A stretch of DNA of 34,514 nt, from IMG/VR virus record IMGVR_UViG_3300032047_000058, positions 1 to 34,514 of that record; one strand, written 5' to 3'. The stretch is from a virus. Lineage: Duplodnaviria; Caudoviricetes. Positions 33,700 through 34,514 of this stretch are shown here, piece by piece. Numbering within the stretch: position 1 is the first letter of the stretch; every line of letters starts with the position of its first letter. Position numbers and translations under genes: made by a program. The notes under the pieces were generated by a model that was not told where the DNA came from, made no database searches, and worked only from the letters and a program-made list of their open reading frames with translations.

Positions 33700-34514
33700 A
33701 TGAGTTTACTTAAGAAAGCATCCATAATAACCACACCTACAGCTTATGCTGAGGACTACTTATATTCTATAAAACCTGCTTTTGCTTTAGGTAGTAGCCT
33801 AACATCAAGCCCTGTAAACCTATCTAATGATTTTAATGCAAATGGCTCATCATCAATAACAGATGCAGACACATTTACTTCAACAGGTGGTAGTTTAGAT
33901 GGTATTACCTCTAAGACAAGTGTATATACTTTAACAGTAGGTAGAAGATTTCAAATAGAAATACAAGGAAATACTACATCTTCAGGTTTTACTTTAGGTG
34001 CAGGTAATGGTAATGGAGATGAATATGGCTCAGGTTTTGGTGTGCATACATTTGTTAGTTTACACGCCCAATTATGGATAAGACAAAGAACATCAGGAAC
34101 TACAAATATTACAAAATTATCAATACAAGAAGTAACAGATGCCGACTTTCACTTTGACAGAAACTCAACAGGTACACGATTAAACGAAGATTATCTTATA
34201 GAAGATGTGCCTTATAATTTTGTTATAAACAGTGAGGACTTTAGTCAATCTACTTGGCTTAAATCAAATGTTACTATAACAAGTAACTCAATAATTGCGC
34301 CTGATGGCACGTTAAGTGGAGGTAAAATATTAGAAACTACAGGCTCTTCTAATGGTCATTTTATATTAGACAGCTTAAGTTTAGCTGAAAACATAACATA
34401 TAATTTTAGTGCTTTTGTTAAAAAACTAAATAGAAGATATGTAGCTTTGCAAAACAGCTATAATTCAAATAATGGCTCTATTGCTTTTTTCGATTTAGAT
34501 AATAAAACTATAAT
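33700..34514 (+). CDS. 3'-truncated tail fibre / receptor-binding protein (not in ORF track)
   Basis: MSLLKKASIITTPTAY...DFHFDRNSTGTRLN...NSEDFSQSTW...IIAPDGT...FSAFVKK, open to the window end. Same family as the ORFs at 2-4065. Confidence 0.8.
   Translation, partial: MSLLKKASIITTPTAYAEDYLYSIKPAFALGSSLTSSPVNLSNDFNANGSSSITDADTFTSTGGSLDGITSKTSVYTLTVGRRFQIEIQGNTTSSGFTLGAGNGNGDEYGSGFGVHTFVSLHAQLWIRQRTSGTTNITKLSIQEVTDADFHFDRNSTGTRLNEDYLIEDVPYNFVINSEDFSQSTWLKSNVTITSNSIIAPDGTLSGGKILETTGSSNGHFILDSLSLAENITYNFSAFVKKLNRRYVALQNSYNSNNGSIAFFDLDNKTI

Larger units (their letters stand above)
1..34514 (+). mobile_element. Near-complete tailed phage genome (Caudoviricetes, siphovirus-like), probable Flavobacteriia host
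   Basis: Terminase, portal, protease, capsid, tail, lysis and recombination genes are all co-oriented. No host housekeeping genes, integrase or repressor recognised. Bacteroidota-type promoters and SD-less A-rich leaders. Confidence 0.95.

Noticed and set aside
1-34514. tRNA/rRNA genes, integrase or att site, terminal overlap of window ends
   Set aside because: No cloverleaf, rRNA-like region or recombinase motif was seen, and the two ends share no meaningful overlap.

Overview
An AT-rich, nearly complete genome of a tailed dsDNA phage (siphovirus-like), with every convincing gene on the + strand. The host is most likely a Bacteroidota/Flavobacteriia: leaders are A-rich without Shine-Dalgarno motifs, and there are TTTG-N19-TAnnTTTG-type promoters. 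The window starts and ends inside paralogous LamG-like tail-fibre genes. Gene order: tail fibres; an envelope/lysis cassette (beta-barrel-like protein, M15 endolysin, holin, a dead M15 paralogue); DNA metabolism (ERF, SSB-like, AAA helicase, RusA-like, ECF-like sigma, phosphoesterase, dNTP diphosphohydrolase, 5'-3' exonuclease, DnaA-domain-IV-like protein); terS/terL; a cluster of small, probably early genes; tail genes; protease, scaffold and capsid; tail tube; portal; adaptor. The main non-coding signals are: (1) a complete type I hammerhead ribozyme at 18509-18576 inside the small-gene cluster; (2) a six-copy late promoter, AAACA-N14/15-CGTTATC, matching ECF-sigma logic, with four copies predicting leaderless mRNAs and one firing antisense into a structured non-coding region; (3) a -1 frameshift at a T9 run; (4) several TTAACA-based repeat arrays; (5) apparent GATC avoidance. 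All protein calls come from motif recognition by eye. No database searches were run.
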